A stretch of 64,000 nucleotides of DNA from Pristiophorus japonicus (taxonomy: Eukaryota): positions 143,964,001 to 144,028,000 of the forward strand of contig NC_091984.1 of NCBI RefSeq assembly GCF_044704955.1, written 5' to 3'. A program made the position numbers and the translations under genes. The notes beneath the pieces are model-generated. The model saw nothing but the letters and a program-made list of their open reading frames with translations, did no database searches and was not told the DNA's origin. Positions 48,600-61,683 of the stretch are shown piece by piece. Position 1 is the first letter of the stretch. Each line of letters begins with the position of its first letter.

Positions 48600-51160
48600 T
48601 CCTTTGTTCTCCAAAAGGAACACTGAGGTGCTGCCCCAGGGTAGTGGCAGGGGCTACATGGAGCAAGAACATGTGTCTTCTCTCAGGCTGTGAGCATTCG
48701 TCCTGCCCCCACTCCCCTCCCCCCGCTGTCACTCCCCTCCCCCCACTCCCCCTCCCCCCACTGCCACTCCCCCCACTGCCACTGCCCCCACTGCCACTCC
48801 CCCTCCCCCACTGCCACTCCCCCTCCCCCCACTGCCACTCCCCCCCACCACTGCCATTCCCCCCACTGCCACCTCCCCCTCCCCTGCCACCACTCCCCTC
48901 CCCCCACTGCCACTCCCCTCCCTCCACTCCCCATCCCCCCACTGCCACTCCCCTTCCCACACTGCCGCTCCCCCACCCCCCACAGCCACTCCCCCTCCCC
49001 CCACTGCCAATCCCCTCCCTCCACTGCCACTCCCCCACTGCCACTCCACCTCCCCCACTGCCACTGCCCCAACCCCCACAGCCACTCCCCTCCTCCCACT
49101 GCCACTCCCCCTCCCCCACTGCCACTCCCATTCCCCCCATTGCCACTCCCCTCCACCCACTGCCACTCCCCTCCCCCCACTGCCACTCCCCCTCCCCCCA
49201 CTGCGAACCCCCTCTCCCCACTGCCACTCCCCACCCCCCACTGCCATTCCCCCACTGCCACTCCCCCTCCCCCACTGCCAATGCCCCAACCCCCACTCCC
49301 ATTCCCCTCCCCCCACCACCACTCCCCCTCCCCACACTGCCACACCCCCTCCCCCCACTGCCACTCCCCTCTCCCCACTGCTACTCCCCCTCCCCCCACT
49401 GCCAATCCCTCTCCCCCACTGCCACTCCCCCAGCCTCCACTGCCACTCCCCTCCCCCACTGCCACAACCCCTCCCCCCACTGCCACTCCCGCTACTGCCA
49501 CTCTCCCTTCCCCACTACCACACCCCTCCCCCACTTCCCCCACTCCCCTCCCCCTCCCCCACTGCCACTCCCCCTCCCCCCATGTCACCCCCCCAACTTC
49601 CAACTCGCCTCCCCCTCCCCTCATGCCACTCCCCCTCCCCCCACTGCCACTCCCCCTCCCCCACTGCCACTCCCCCTACCTCCACTGCCCCTCCCCCACT
49701 GCCACTTCCCCTTCCCCCACTGCCCCTCCCACTCCCCCCACTGCCACTCCCCCTCCCCCCACTGCCACTCACCCACTCCCCACTGCCCCTCCCCGGCCTG
49801 CCACTTCCCCTTCCCCCACTCCCCCTCCGTCCATGCCACTTCCACTCCCCCCACTGCCACTCCCCTCCCCCCACTGCCACACCCCCTCCCCCCACTGCCA
49901 CTTCCGCTACTGCCACTCCCCCCTTCCCCACTACCACACCCCTCCCCCACTTCCCCCACTTCCCTCCCCCTCCCCTCATGCCGCTCCCCCTCCCCCCACT
50001 GTCCCTCCCCCCACTGCCACTCCCCCTACCCCCACTGCCACTCCCCCCACTGCCACTTCCCCTTCCCCCACTGTCCGTCCCCTTCCCCCCACTGCCACTC
50101 CCCCTCCCCCCACTGCCACTACCCCTCCCCCCACTGCCACTTCCCCTTCCGCCACTCCCCCTCCCCCCAATGCCACTCCCTCCTCCCCCACTGCCACTCC
50201 CACCTCCCCCACTACCACTCCCCCTCCCCCCACTGCCTTTCCCCGCTCCCCCCACTGCCACTCCACTGCCTCCCCAGGCCGAGATCGGGCAGTCTACAGC
50301 CGGGCCATCTAGGCCCAGAGCTGCTCGAGATGGTCCAGCAAGGCCATCCGCAGCCTCCCCCGCTGAAAGTCAGCAGCCTTCCACCATCCATGCTGCAGCC
50401 CCTGGGGTAGCACTGTACAGGAGCACTCACTGGGACAGCCAAAGATACATGCAAGGCACCCACTGAGGGTATTCACAACGGGGTTAGTTGAGTTTGTGAT
50501 GTAATATTGGATGGATTGTTATATAACGTTGGGTTGGAATGTTTGTGTTGGGGGGCCTTTATTGTGGCTGTGGGGCCAAGTGCTGGGTGTGATGGTCAGT
50601 TAGAGAGGGACAGCAAAGTGTGGGACTATTGGTCAATGGGGAGTGGAGGTTGGGTTCACTGGTACCACACTCGGAGGATTCGATCACGGACAGCCCGGGC
50701 AGAAAGGGGCTGTCTGGGTCACTACTCCCTTCCACTTCATCCTCCTCTTCCTTTTCCTCCTCCCCAGCTGCTCACTGTACACCTGGTGACAAGGACAGTG
50801 CCCTCCTGATGGTCGAGGTTTTGGGGCACTCAGCGGGCCACGGCCAATCAGGACACATGTTCTGGTGAGTACAGCAGCACTCCTCCAGAGCGGCCCAGGC
50901 CGTGGAAGCATTGTTTCAGGACACCAATGTTCTGCTCCATCAGATTGTGTGTGGCAGCATGGCTCTCATTGTCCTCATGCTGCCCACGTGTGGTTGGGTT
51001 GTGGAGCAGAGTCATGGAGCCCATGGTCAGTGGATAGCCCTTGTCGCCCAGTAGCCAGCCTCTGGTTTCTCTCGGTGACTCAAAGACTGAGGGGGCAGCG
51101 GCCTGGTGCAGAATAAAAGCATTGTGACTGCTGCCAGGATACCGGGCATTCAGCATCATG
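48600..51160 (-). mobile_element. Second PIF/Harbinger remnant
   Basis: NARYPGSSHNAFIL, GWLLGDKGYPL, HAATHNLMEQNIGVLKQCF at 50848-51159. Confidence 0.7.
48700..50270. repeat. C-rich minisatellite (about 21-bp ccactgccactccccctcccc)
   Basis: Directly visible; explains the Pro/His- and Gly-rich ORFs. Confidence 0.95.
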
Positions 51161-51337
51161 ATACGGATAGAATGGACCCATTTCCCTCAGCAGAGGGGTC
51201 AACAACCAGGGGGCATAGATTTAAAGTAATTGGTGGAAGGTTTAGAGGAGAGATGAGGAAACAATTCTTCACCCAGAGGGTGGTGGGGGTCTGGAACTCA
51301 CTGCCTGAAAGGGTGGGAGAGGCAGAAACCCTCACCA

Positions 51338-54300
51338 CATTTAAAAAGTACTTGGAAATGCCCTTAAAGCGCCGTGACCCACAGGGCTACGGACCCAGAG
51401 CTGGAAAGTGGGATTAGGCTGGGTAGCTCTTTGTTGGCCGGTGCGGACATGATGGGTCGAAATGGCCTCCTTCCGTGCTGTAATTTTCTGTGATTCTATG
51501 ATCGTGCTGGTGGTGTTGACCACTTTAAAAGTCGCAGCATACATTTTATTGAAGCTATTTCCGTCCCCGGTTTCTCCGCTGCCAATAATTGGATCAATCG
51601 ATTTTGTAGCGCCCCCTTGTGGTACATCTATATGGGCTCCACACAAACCCCTGCTTTCAATCCTTGAACCCACATTGCCTGTGCTAGCTGGAGCCCCGCT
51701 CCTTAGTCACTGCATCTCACAGCACAGAGGGAGGCCATTTGTCCCGTCAAACCTGTGCTGGCTCTTTGAAAGAGCTATGGACTACTATGGCCTGGACCAA
51801 TGATCCAGAGACACGAGTTCAAATCCCACCATGGCAGCTGGGGAATTTAAATTCAGTTCATTAAATAAATCTGGAATACAAAGCTAGCGTCAGTCATGGT
51901 GACCATGAAACTGCCGGATTGTCGTAAAAACCCATCTACCTGGCCTGCTACCTTCAGGGATCTGTGGACATGCAAACCAAGGTCCCTTTGTTCCTCTACA
52001 CCTTTCAGTGTCCTGCCATTTAATGTGTATTCCCTTGCCTTGTTAGCCCAAATGCATGATCTCACACTTCTCCGGATTAAATTCCATTTGCCATTGTTCT
52101 GCCCACCTGAACATTTCATTGATATATTCCTGCAGTCTACAGCTTTCTTCTTCATTATCAACCACACGGCCAATTTTACTATCATCGAACAAAATTCTTA
52201 ATCATACCCCCTACATTCAAATCTAAATCCTCGATAGACACTACAAGAAGCAAGGGACCTTGTACTGAGCCCTGCGGAATCCCACGTGAAACAGCCTTCC
52301 AGTCACAAAAACACCCATCAATCATTACACTTTGCTTCCTGCCTCTGAGACAATTTTGGATCTAGCTTGCCACTTTGCCCTGGATCCCATGGGCTTTTAC
52401 TTTCGATACCAGTCTGTAAAGTGGGACCTTCTCAAAAGTCTTGCTAAAATCCATAGACACTACATCAAACGCACAGCCCTCATCGAGCCTCCACACACAG
52501 ATTACCTTTATGGTCTCAATTAGGCCAATCTCTTTCTTTAATTATCCTCCTGCTCTTAATGTATTTATAAAACATCTTTGGGTTTTCCTTGATTTTACTT
52601 GCCAAAATGTTTTCATGCTCTCTCTTTGCTTTCCTAATTTCCTTTCCAATTGTACCCCTGCACTTTCTATACTCCTCTAAAGTTCCTGCAGTATTGAGCC
52701 CTCGGTATCTGTCACAAGCCTCCCTTTTTTACTTTATCCTACACTGTATTTCACTTGACATCCAGGGGCCTCTAGATTTGTTAGTCCCACCCTTTTTCTT
52801 TAAGGGAACAGACTTACTCTGAACCCTCACTATCTCCCCCTTGAATGCCTCCCACTGCTCAGATACTGAATTACCTTCAAGTAGCCGTTTCCAGTACACT
52901 TTGGCCAAATCTCATCTCAGCTCAGCAAAATTGGCTTTTCCCCAACTGAGAACTTTTATTCCTGGTCTATCTTTGTCCTTTTCCATAACTACCTTAAATC
53001 TAACTGAATTATGATCATTAGCACCAAAATGCTCTCCCACTGATACCCCTTCCACCTGCCCCTTTTCATTCCCCAAAACCAAGTCCAGAACCGTCCCCTC
53101 CCTTGTCGGGCTTGATACATACTGGCTAAAAAAGTTCTCCTAAATGCATTTTAAGGAATTCCGCACCCTCTATACCTTTCACACGAATTTTAATATTAGG
53201 GTAGTTGAAATCCCCTACTCTTACTGCCTTATAGTTTTTTGCACTTGTCAGAAATGTGCCCACATATTTGCTCTTCTATCTCCCTCTGACTGTTTGGGGG
53301 TCTATAGTACACTCCCAGCAGTGTGATTACCCCTTTTTTGTTCTTCAATTCGACCTATATGGCCTCATTTGATGATCCTTCCGACATATCATCCCTCCTC
53401 ACAGCTGTAATTGTTTCTTTCAATTGTTTCACAACTGCGACCCCCTCCTTTTTATCCCCCTCTCTATCCCGTCTGAAAACCCTGTAACCAGGAATGTTGA
53501 GCTGCCATACCTGCCCTTCCTTCAGCCATGTCTCAGTAATAGCTATAATATCGTACTCCCAAATGTCTATCTGTGCTCTCAGCTCATCTGCCTTATTCCC
53601 TATACTCCTTGCAATGAAGTATATACCATTTAGCACTGCCAAACTGCCTTGTTGTCTATTTTCTAGGTTTGTTTCCTCTGTCTTCCAAATTCACTTTCTA
53701 CTTTTCTGCTTTCCAATTCCAGCTTTGCTTCTCTCCCAACTGTATCTATTCTTCGCGACCCATCCCCTGCCAAGTTAGTTTAAACCCTCCCCAACAGCAT
53801 TAGCAAAGCCCCCGCGAGGATATTGGTCCCAGCTCCGTTGAGGTGCAACCCGTCCGGCTTGTATAGGTCCCACCTCCCGCAGAAACGGTCCCAATGCCTC
53901 AGGAAACTAAAGCCCTCCCTCCTGCATCATCTCTCCAGCCACGCATTCATCTGCTCTATCCTCATATTTCTGTACTCACTAGCACGTGGCACCGGGAGTA
54001 ATCCGGAGATTACTACCTTTGAGGTCTTGCTTTTTAATCTCTCTCCAAGCTCCCAAAACACTGCCTGTAGGACCTCATCCCTCTTTCTACCTATGTCATT
54101 GGTACCGATATGGACCACAACCTCTGGCTGTTCACCCTCCCCCTCAGAATGTACTGCAGCCACTCAGTGACATACTTGACCCTGGCACCAGGCAGGCAAC
54201 ATACCATCCTGGAGCCACGTCTGCGGCCACAGAAATACCTGTCTGTTCCGCTAACTATCGAATCCCCTACCACTATTGCTCTTCCACTCTTCTTCCTCCC

Positions 54301-54836
54301 CCCTGTGCAGCTGAGCCACCCGTGGTGCCGTGGACTTGGTTCTGGCTGCACTTCCTAGAGGCACCATTGCCCCCACCAGTACTCAGAACACAATACTGGT
54401 TGGAGAGCGAGATGGACTCAGGGGACTCGTGCACTACCTGCCTGGACCTCCTCTTCTGTCTGGTGGTCACCCATTCCCTCTCTGCCTGCACACTCTTAAG
54501 CTGCGGGGTGGCCACCTCTAGAAACGTGCTATCCACGAAGTTCTCAGCCTCGCGGATGCACTGCAGTGACTCCAGCCGCCGCTCAATCTCCGAAACGCGG
54601 AGCTCGAGTTGCTGTAGCTGACACTTTCTGCACATGTGGTCGTCCAGGCCACGAGAAGTGTCCAGGACTTCCCACATGCCACAGGATGTGCACTCCACGG
54701 GACAGAACTGCCCTGCCATGCCTCTATTTAAAAGACTGAGAACTAACTTCACAGAAATAAACTTAAAACGAAAAAAAAACAAATAACGACCCTGCCCTCA
54801 TCATTCAGGCCATAATTTCGGGATTTGTTCACCCCA
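51338..54836 (+). repeat. Duplicated block, copy B (lacks the part matching about 28290-30260 of copy A)
   Basis: Collinear with 27131-28290 then 30260-32590; junction near 52490. Confidence 0.9.
51607..51623 (-). promoter_or_regulatory. Candidate CTCF site
   Basis: Minus strand ACCACAAGGGGGCGCTA, near-consensus core; paralog at 27401-27417 reads ACCACAAGGGGGAGTTA. Confidence 0.6.
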
Positions 54837-54887
54837 CTGAGGGCAAACACCGTCAATGGGCCATTAATGGGCCTTAAGATTTCAGCT

Positions 54888-55522
54888 CAGTCAGCTGTGG
54901 CTCAATGGGCAGCACACTCACCTCTGAGTCTGAAAGTTGTGGGTTCACGTCCCACTCCAGAGACGTGAAACGGATAGCACCCAGTGAGTCGTGTCTGCCT
55001 CCTGTGAGCCGTGTCCATGAACGGTGTACGTGAGCTGTGTCCACGCTGGGCCTGTGGATCATTAACCGGGCCGCACTTCACTTGCGGGGTGAAATTTACC
55101 GGGAGGTGCGTGCTGTCGCACCCCGTCATTTGTTTTTGACGACTTACCGGTCGGGCCTTTCTGTGCCGATGTGGTGGGGTCGATGCCGCGATGGTGCAGC
55201 CCGAAACTCGGCGCTGAGCCCACCCCCAGGGGAAGTGCAGCGCGCCACATTGCGCTCCATTTCCTGTCAGGTGTCGTGACCCCAATTTCGCTTCCAGGGC
55301 GGGATTTCGACGTGGGAAAAGTTACCGCCCCAACCGGGGCAATACGCAATTTGGGCCCATTATCTGGTCATAGCCACATGTGGGAGCTTGCTGTGCACAA
55401 ACTGTCTGTCATGTCTTCTCTATTACCGCAGTGACTATACTTCAAAAGTACTTCATTGGCTGTAAAGCGTTTTGGGACATCCTGAGGTGGTGAAAGGCGC
55501 TATATAAATGCAAGTCTTTCTT
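54888..55522 (+). mobile_element. tRNA-head SINE head and tail with nested MITE-like insert (about 55086-55358)
   Basis: tggctcaatgg / gttcacgtcc boxes; tail matches 33184-33608; insert ends ggggtgaaatt / aatttgggccc. Confidence 0.65.
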
Positions 55523-56335
55523 TCCAATTCAGCTCGACATCTTTGAAACCCAAACTCGCGGACAGTGACGGACAGGTAAAGACCCTGTGGTCCATCCAGC
55601 CCGTCCCACACAATTGCAATACCTTGTGTATCACAGTATCGACTCTCCACCCCACCCAAAACTACCTGATCTCCTGGGAGAGGCGAAAAACTAGGTAAAA
55701 AACCCATTGGGGGGAAATAAATCTGGGAAACTCCTCTCTGACCTCTGCGCCCGCGCCCCCCCGCCCCACCGCCCGCAGGCGATGGAAACTACTCCAGGAG
55801 GTCACTGTGGCCCTGAATTCCCTGCAGTAACTACCTTCTGTAAGTGGTGATCTCCGCACCGGCCACAAACAGGTCCTGCTCTCGCTTATGTACAGCTCAT
55901 GGATTTAAAATTACAAGCTTTCCCCACAGTGTCAAGTGCTGCAAATACGTGTTACATAGAAACATAGAAAATAGGTGCAGGAGTAGGCCATTCGGCCCTT
56001 CGAGCCTGCACCGCCATTCAATAAGATCATGGCTGATCATTCACTCAGTGCCCCTTTTATGCTTTCTCGCCATACCCCTTGACCCCTTAGCCATATCTAA
56101 CTCCCTCTTGAATATATCCAATGAACTGGCATCAACAACTCTCTGCGGTAGGGAATTCCACAGGTTAACAACTCTCTGAGTGAAGAAGTTTCTTCTCATC
56201 TCAGGCCTCAATGGCCTACCCCTTATCCTGAGACTATGTCCCCTGGTTCCGGACTTCCCCAACATCGGGAACATTCTTCCCGCACCAAACCTGTCCCTTC
56301 CGGTCAGAATCTTATACATTTCAATGAGATCCCCT

Positions 56336-58895
56336 TTGTTGGGGAGGGCATCAAACTGGAAATTAGGGGTGCATGCAATAAAGGTGCAGCAGTTATCATG
56401 AGTGACTTTAATATGCATATAGATTGGGCTACCCAAACTGGAAACAATACGGTGGAGGAGGATTTCCTGGAGTGCATAAGGGATGGTTTTCTAGACCAAT
56501 AAGTCGAGGAACCAACCAGGGGGGAGGCCATCTTAGACTGGGTGTTGTGTAATGAGAGAGGATTAATTAGCAATTTTGTTCTGCGAGGCCCCTTGGGGAT
56601 GAGTGACCATAATATGGTGGAATTCTACATTAGGATGGAGAATGAAACAGTTAATTTAGAGACCATGGTCCAGAACTTAAAGAAGGGTAACTTTGAAGGT
56701 ATGAGACGTGAATTGGCTAGGATAGATTGGCGAATGATACTTAAGGGGTTGACTGTGGATGGGCAATGGCAGACATTTAGAGACCACATGGATGAACTAT
56801 AACAATTGTACATCCCTGTCTGGCGTAAAAAATAAAAAAGGGAAGGTGGCTCAACCGTGGCTATCAAGAGAAATCAGGGATAGTATTAAAGCCAAGGAAG
56901 TGACATACAAATTGGCCAGAAATAGCAGTGAACCCAGGGACTGGGAGAAATTTAGAACTCAGCAGAGGAGGACAAAGGGTTTGATTAGGGCAGGGAAAAT
57001 AGAGTACAATAGGAAGCTTACAGGGATCATTAAGACAGATTGCAAAAGCTTCTATAGATATGTAAAGAGAAAAAGGTTAGTAAATACAAATGTAGGTCCC
57101 CTGCAGCCAGAATCAGGGGAAGTCAGAACTGGGAACAAATAAATGGCAGACTAATTGAAAAAATACTTTGGTTCGCTATTCACTAAGGAGGACACAAACA
57201 ACCTTCCGGATATAAAAGGGGTCAGAGGGTCTAGTAAGAAGGAGGAACTGAGGGAAATCCTTATTAGTCAGGAAATTGTGTTGGGGAAATTGATGGGATT
57301 GAAGGCCGATAAATCCCCAGGGCCTGATGGTCTGCATCCCAGAGTACTTAAGGAGGTAGCCTTGGAAATAGCGGATGCATTGACAGTCATTTTCCAACAT
57401 TCCATTGACTCTGGATCAGTTCCTATCGAGTGGAGGGTAGCCAATGTAACCCCACTTTTAAAAAAATTAGGGAGAGAGATAACAGCGAATTATAGACCGG
57501 TCAGCCTGACATCGGTAGTGGGTAAAATGATGGAATCAATAATTAAGGATGTCAAAGCAGTGCATTTGGAAAGAGGTGACATGATAGGTCCAAGTCAGCA
57601 TGGATTTGTCAAAGGGAAATCATGCTTGACAAATCTTCTGGAATTTTTTGAGGATGTTTCCAGTAGAGTGGACAAGGGAGAACCAGTTGATGTGGTGTAT
57701 TTGGACTTTCAGAAGGCTTTCGACAAAGTCCCACACAAGAGATTAATGTGCAAAGTTAAAGCACATGGGATTAGGGGTAGTGTGCTGATGTGAATTGAGA
57801 ACTGGTTGGCAGACAGGAAGCAAAGAGTAGGAGTAAATGGGTACTTTTCAGAATGGCAGGCAGTGACTAGAGGGGTACCGCATGGTTCTGTGCTGGGGCC
57901 CCAGCTGTTTACATTGTACATTAATGATTTAGACGAGGGGATTAAATGTAGTATCTCCAAATTTGCGGATGACACTAAGTTGGGTGGCAGTGTGAGCTGC
58001 GAGGAGGATGCTATGAGGTTGCAGAGTGACTTGGATAGGTTAGGTGAGTGGGCAAATGCGTGGCAGATGAAGTATAATGTGGATAAATGTGAGGTTATCC
58101 ACTTTGGTGGTAAAAACAGAGAGACAGACTATTATCTGAATGGTGACAGATTAGGAAAAGGGGAGGTGCAACGAGACCTGGGTGTCATGGTACATCAGTC
58201 ATTGAAGGTTGGCATGCAGGTACAGCAGGCGGTTCAGAAAGCAAATGGCATGTTGGCCTTCATAGCGAGGGGATTTGAGTACAGGGGCAGGGAGGTGTTA
58301 CTACAGTTGTGCAGGGCCTTGGTGAGGCCACACCTGGAGTATTGTGTACAGTTTTGGTCTCCTAACTTGAGGAAAGACATTCTTGCTTTTGAGGGAGTGC
58401 AGCGAAGGTTCACCAGACTGATTCCCGGGATGGCGGGACTGACATATCAAGAAAGACTGGATCAACTGGGCTTATATTCACTGGAATTCAGAAGAATGAG
58501 AGGGAATCTCAAAGAAACGTTTAAAATTCTGACGGTTAGACAGGTTAGATGCAGGAAGAATGTTCCCAATGTTGGGGAAGTCCAGAACCAGGGGTCACAG
58601 TCGAAGGATAAGGGGTAAGCCATTTAGGACCGGGATGAGGAGAAGCTTCTTCACCCAGAAGTGGTGAACCTGTGGAATTCTCTGCCACAGAAAGTTGTTG
58701 AGGCCAATTCACTAAATATATTCAAAAAGGAGTTAGATGTAGTCCTTGCTACTTGGGGGATCAAGGGGTGTGGCGAGAAAGCAGGAATGGGGTACTGAAG
58801 TTGCATGTTCAGCCATGAACTCATTGAATGGCGGTGCAGGCTCGAAGAACCGAATGGCTTACTCCTGCACCGATTTTCTATGTTTCTATGTTTCT
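56336..58895 (+). mobile_element. Long CR1 ORF2 (endonuclease end, RT, 3' tail) nested in an inverted CR1 (about 55955-56335 and 58896-59750)
   Basis: ORFs 57155-57793 and 57806-58618; (tttctatg)n tail. Confidence 0.93.
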
Positions 58896-60556
58896 ATCCT
58901 TCTAAACTCCAGTGAATAAAGGCCCTGTTGATCCAGTCTCTCCTCATATAACAGTCCAGCCATCCCTGGAATTAGTCTGGTGAACCTTCGCTGCACTCCC
59001 TCAATAGCAAGAACGTCCTTCCTCAGATTAGGAGACCAAAACTGAACTCAATATTCCAGGTGAGGCCTCACTAAGGCCTTGCACAACTACAGTAAGACCC
59101 CCCTGCTCCTATACTCACATCCCCAAGCGAAGAAGGCCAACAAACCATTTGCCTTCTTCCCCCCCTGCTGTACCTGCACGCCGACCTTCAAAGACTGATG
59201 AACCATGACACCTAGGTCTCACTGCACCTCCCCTTTTCCTAATCTGCCGCCATTCAGATAATATTCTGCCTTCATGTTTTTGCCCCCAAAGTGGATAACC
59301 TCACATTTATCCACATTATACTGCATCTGCCATGCATTTGCCCACTCACCTAACCTGTCCAATTCACTCTGCAGCCTCGTAGCATCCCTCCCACAGCTCA
59401 CATTGCCACCCAGTTTAGTGTCATCTGCAAACTTGGAGATATTACACTCAATTCCTTCATCCAAATCGTTAATGTATATTGTAAAGAGCTGGAGTCCCAG
59501 CACTGAGCCCTGCGGCACTCCACTAGTCACTGTCTGCCATTCTGAAAAGTGCCCATTTATCCCAACACTCTGCTTCCAACCAGTTCTCTATCCACGTCAG
59601 TACATTACCCCCAATACCATGCTTTGATTTTGCATAGCAATCTCTTGTGCGGGAACTTGTCAAAAAGCCTTTTGAAAATCCAAATATACCACATCCACTG
59701 GTTCTCCCTTGTCCACTCTACAAGTAACATTCTCAAAAAATTCCAGAATTTTTTATTATCAGGATTATATTATCAGGGTTATATTCTCACTGTCTGTCAT
59801 TGTCACAACACTCGCTATATAAATGCAAGTTGTTGTTGTGTTCAGGGCCGTTGTATCTGGCTCAGGCTTCTTATCCATCCCCCCTTCCCTTCCCCCTCTA
59901 TTGGGGGCCGTGCCTTCAGCTGCCTGGGCCCTAACTCCCTGCTCCCTAAACCTCTCTGCCACTCCACCCCTCTCCTCTTTTAAGACCTCCCTTCAAACCC
60001 AACCTGTGACTGAGGGTTTTGATCACTCTCCCAGCCCCTCCCCCTTTGGCTCAGCACCACTTTGACCAGATTACGCCTCTGTCAGCTGCCTTGGGATGTT
60101 GTTCTAATGTTCCAGTTTCTATAGCATTGTCGGTTGTACCTGGCAACAGAACGTCTCTGTGTGGATATACCCCATGCACCAAGCTCCACGGTGAGGCCTC
60201 CCACATTGGAATGGCCAGCCGATCCGCGCTGCAGTGCGGAGTGGCTGCTGACCTGCCAATCAGTCTGAGACACCGCCTCACGAGCGGACGAGGAGATACA
60301 CGCTGAGATCCACCATCAAATGACATGTGGGGAACTGGAAATGATTCTGCAAATCTGACTGGAGGTTTGGTCCAAACAGGTTTTACAAACCAATCAATTG
60401 AGTGACACAGAAATTGTCAAAAAATGTGGTCTTTTCAGAACCAACATCGCCCCCTTTTGGTATGAAGACAGCACTGTCAATTTCCCTCACAATTTGACTG
60501 AGCTGCAATTTTCAATGTCTCCTCACGTGGCTCGCTGTCAATCTTTATTTTATAAC

Positions 60557-61683
60557 TGTTATGCTCATAATAAAAGGTGAGACCGAGTACTGTGTGTAAT
60601 GAGCAAGTGTGACCTTAGCTCCTTTATTGTAGTTCCAGAGTGCAGGTACTTCGTGGGTGGCCTGCTTATAGACTGTACTCCCAAGGGATGCTGGGATCCC
60701 TTGGAACTCCAACAGGTCGGCACTCTGGTGGACAGGTCTGATGCAGGTTACAAGGTTACAAGGGGTTAAATACATGACATCACTCCCCTGTGAAGTCAAC
60801 AATACAATTACATGATGAGACGATCTGGGTCTCTGCGCTCCCTTGTCGATCGTCTCGGTACAAATGTTGATATGATTGGGTTGGTCAGTTCTTCATCGGA
60901 CTGTTGGGCAGCCGGCCTTGCCGAGCTGCTGGTGATGACGAGTTCTGTTTCCTGGTCTACTGTGATGTCAGTTGCCACTTGTGTGTGTGTTGGAAGGTCA
61001 AAGTTGGTGGTGTCCTCCTGAGGTTGTCCATAGCTGTTGGTGAACCGCAGTTTAATTTGGTCCAAGTGTTTTCTGTGCATTTGTCCATTGGTCATTTTGA
61101 CCTCAAACACCCTACTCCCCTCTTTTGATGTGATCGTGCCAGCAAGCCATTTGGGACCATGTCCAAAATTGAGCATAAACGCAGAATCATTGATCTCAAT
61201 ATCGCGTGACATGTTTGCAAGGTCATGGTACACACTCTGTTGATGCCGCTTTTCCTCCACGTGATCATGTAGATCAGGGTGGGCCAGAGAGAGCCTTGTT
61301 TTAAGCGCCCTTTTCATGAGCAGCTCGGCTGGGGGAATCCCTGTGAGTGAGTGGGGTCTGGTTCGGTAGCCGAGTAGTACTCGAGATAACCGGTTCGGCA
61401 GGGAGCCTTCCGACACGCGTTTCAAGTTTTGCTTGATGGTCTGAACTGCCCGTTCTGCCTGGCCGTTGGATGCAGGCTTCAACAGCGGAGATGTGACATG
61501 TTTGATCCTGTTGCGTGTCATGAATTCTTTGAATTCCACACTAGTGAAGCATGGCCCATTGTCGCTGACTAGGACATTGGGCAGGCCTTGCATGGCAAAC
61601 ATAGCTCTTAGACTTTCAATGGTGGCTGTGGACGTGCTTCCAAACATTACTGCACATTCAATCCATTTTGTGTAAGCATCCAC
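60557..61683 (-). mobile_element. Gypsy LTR retrotransposon 3' end: integrase, PPT, 3' LTR (60557-60779)
   Basis: VDAYTKWIE, LVSDNGPCF, SNGQAERAVQ (DDE); aggggagtga precedes the TG...CA LTR. Confidence 0.92.

Noticed and set aside
48700-50270. Class-switch-like region
   Set aside because: G-rich strand is antisense to Ig transcription, AGCT motifs are lacking, and light chains do not switch.
48577-50466. Long Pro/His- and Gly-rich ORFs up to 588 aa
   Set aside because: Translation of a stop-free minisatellite in many frames.
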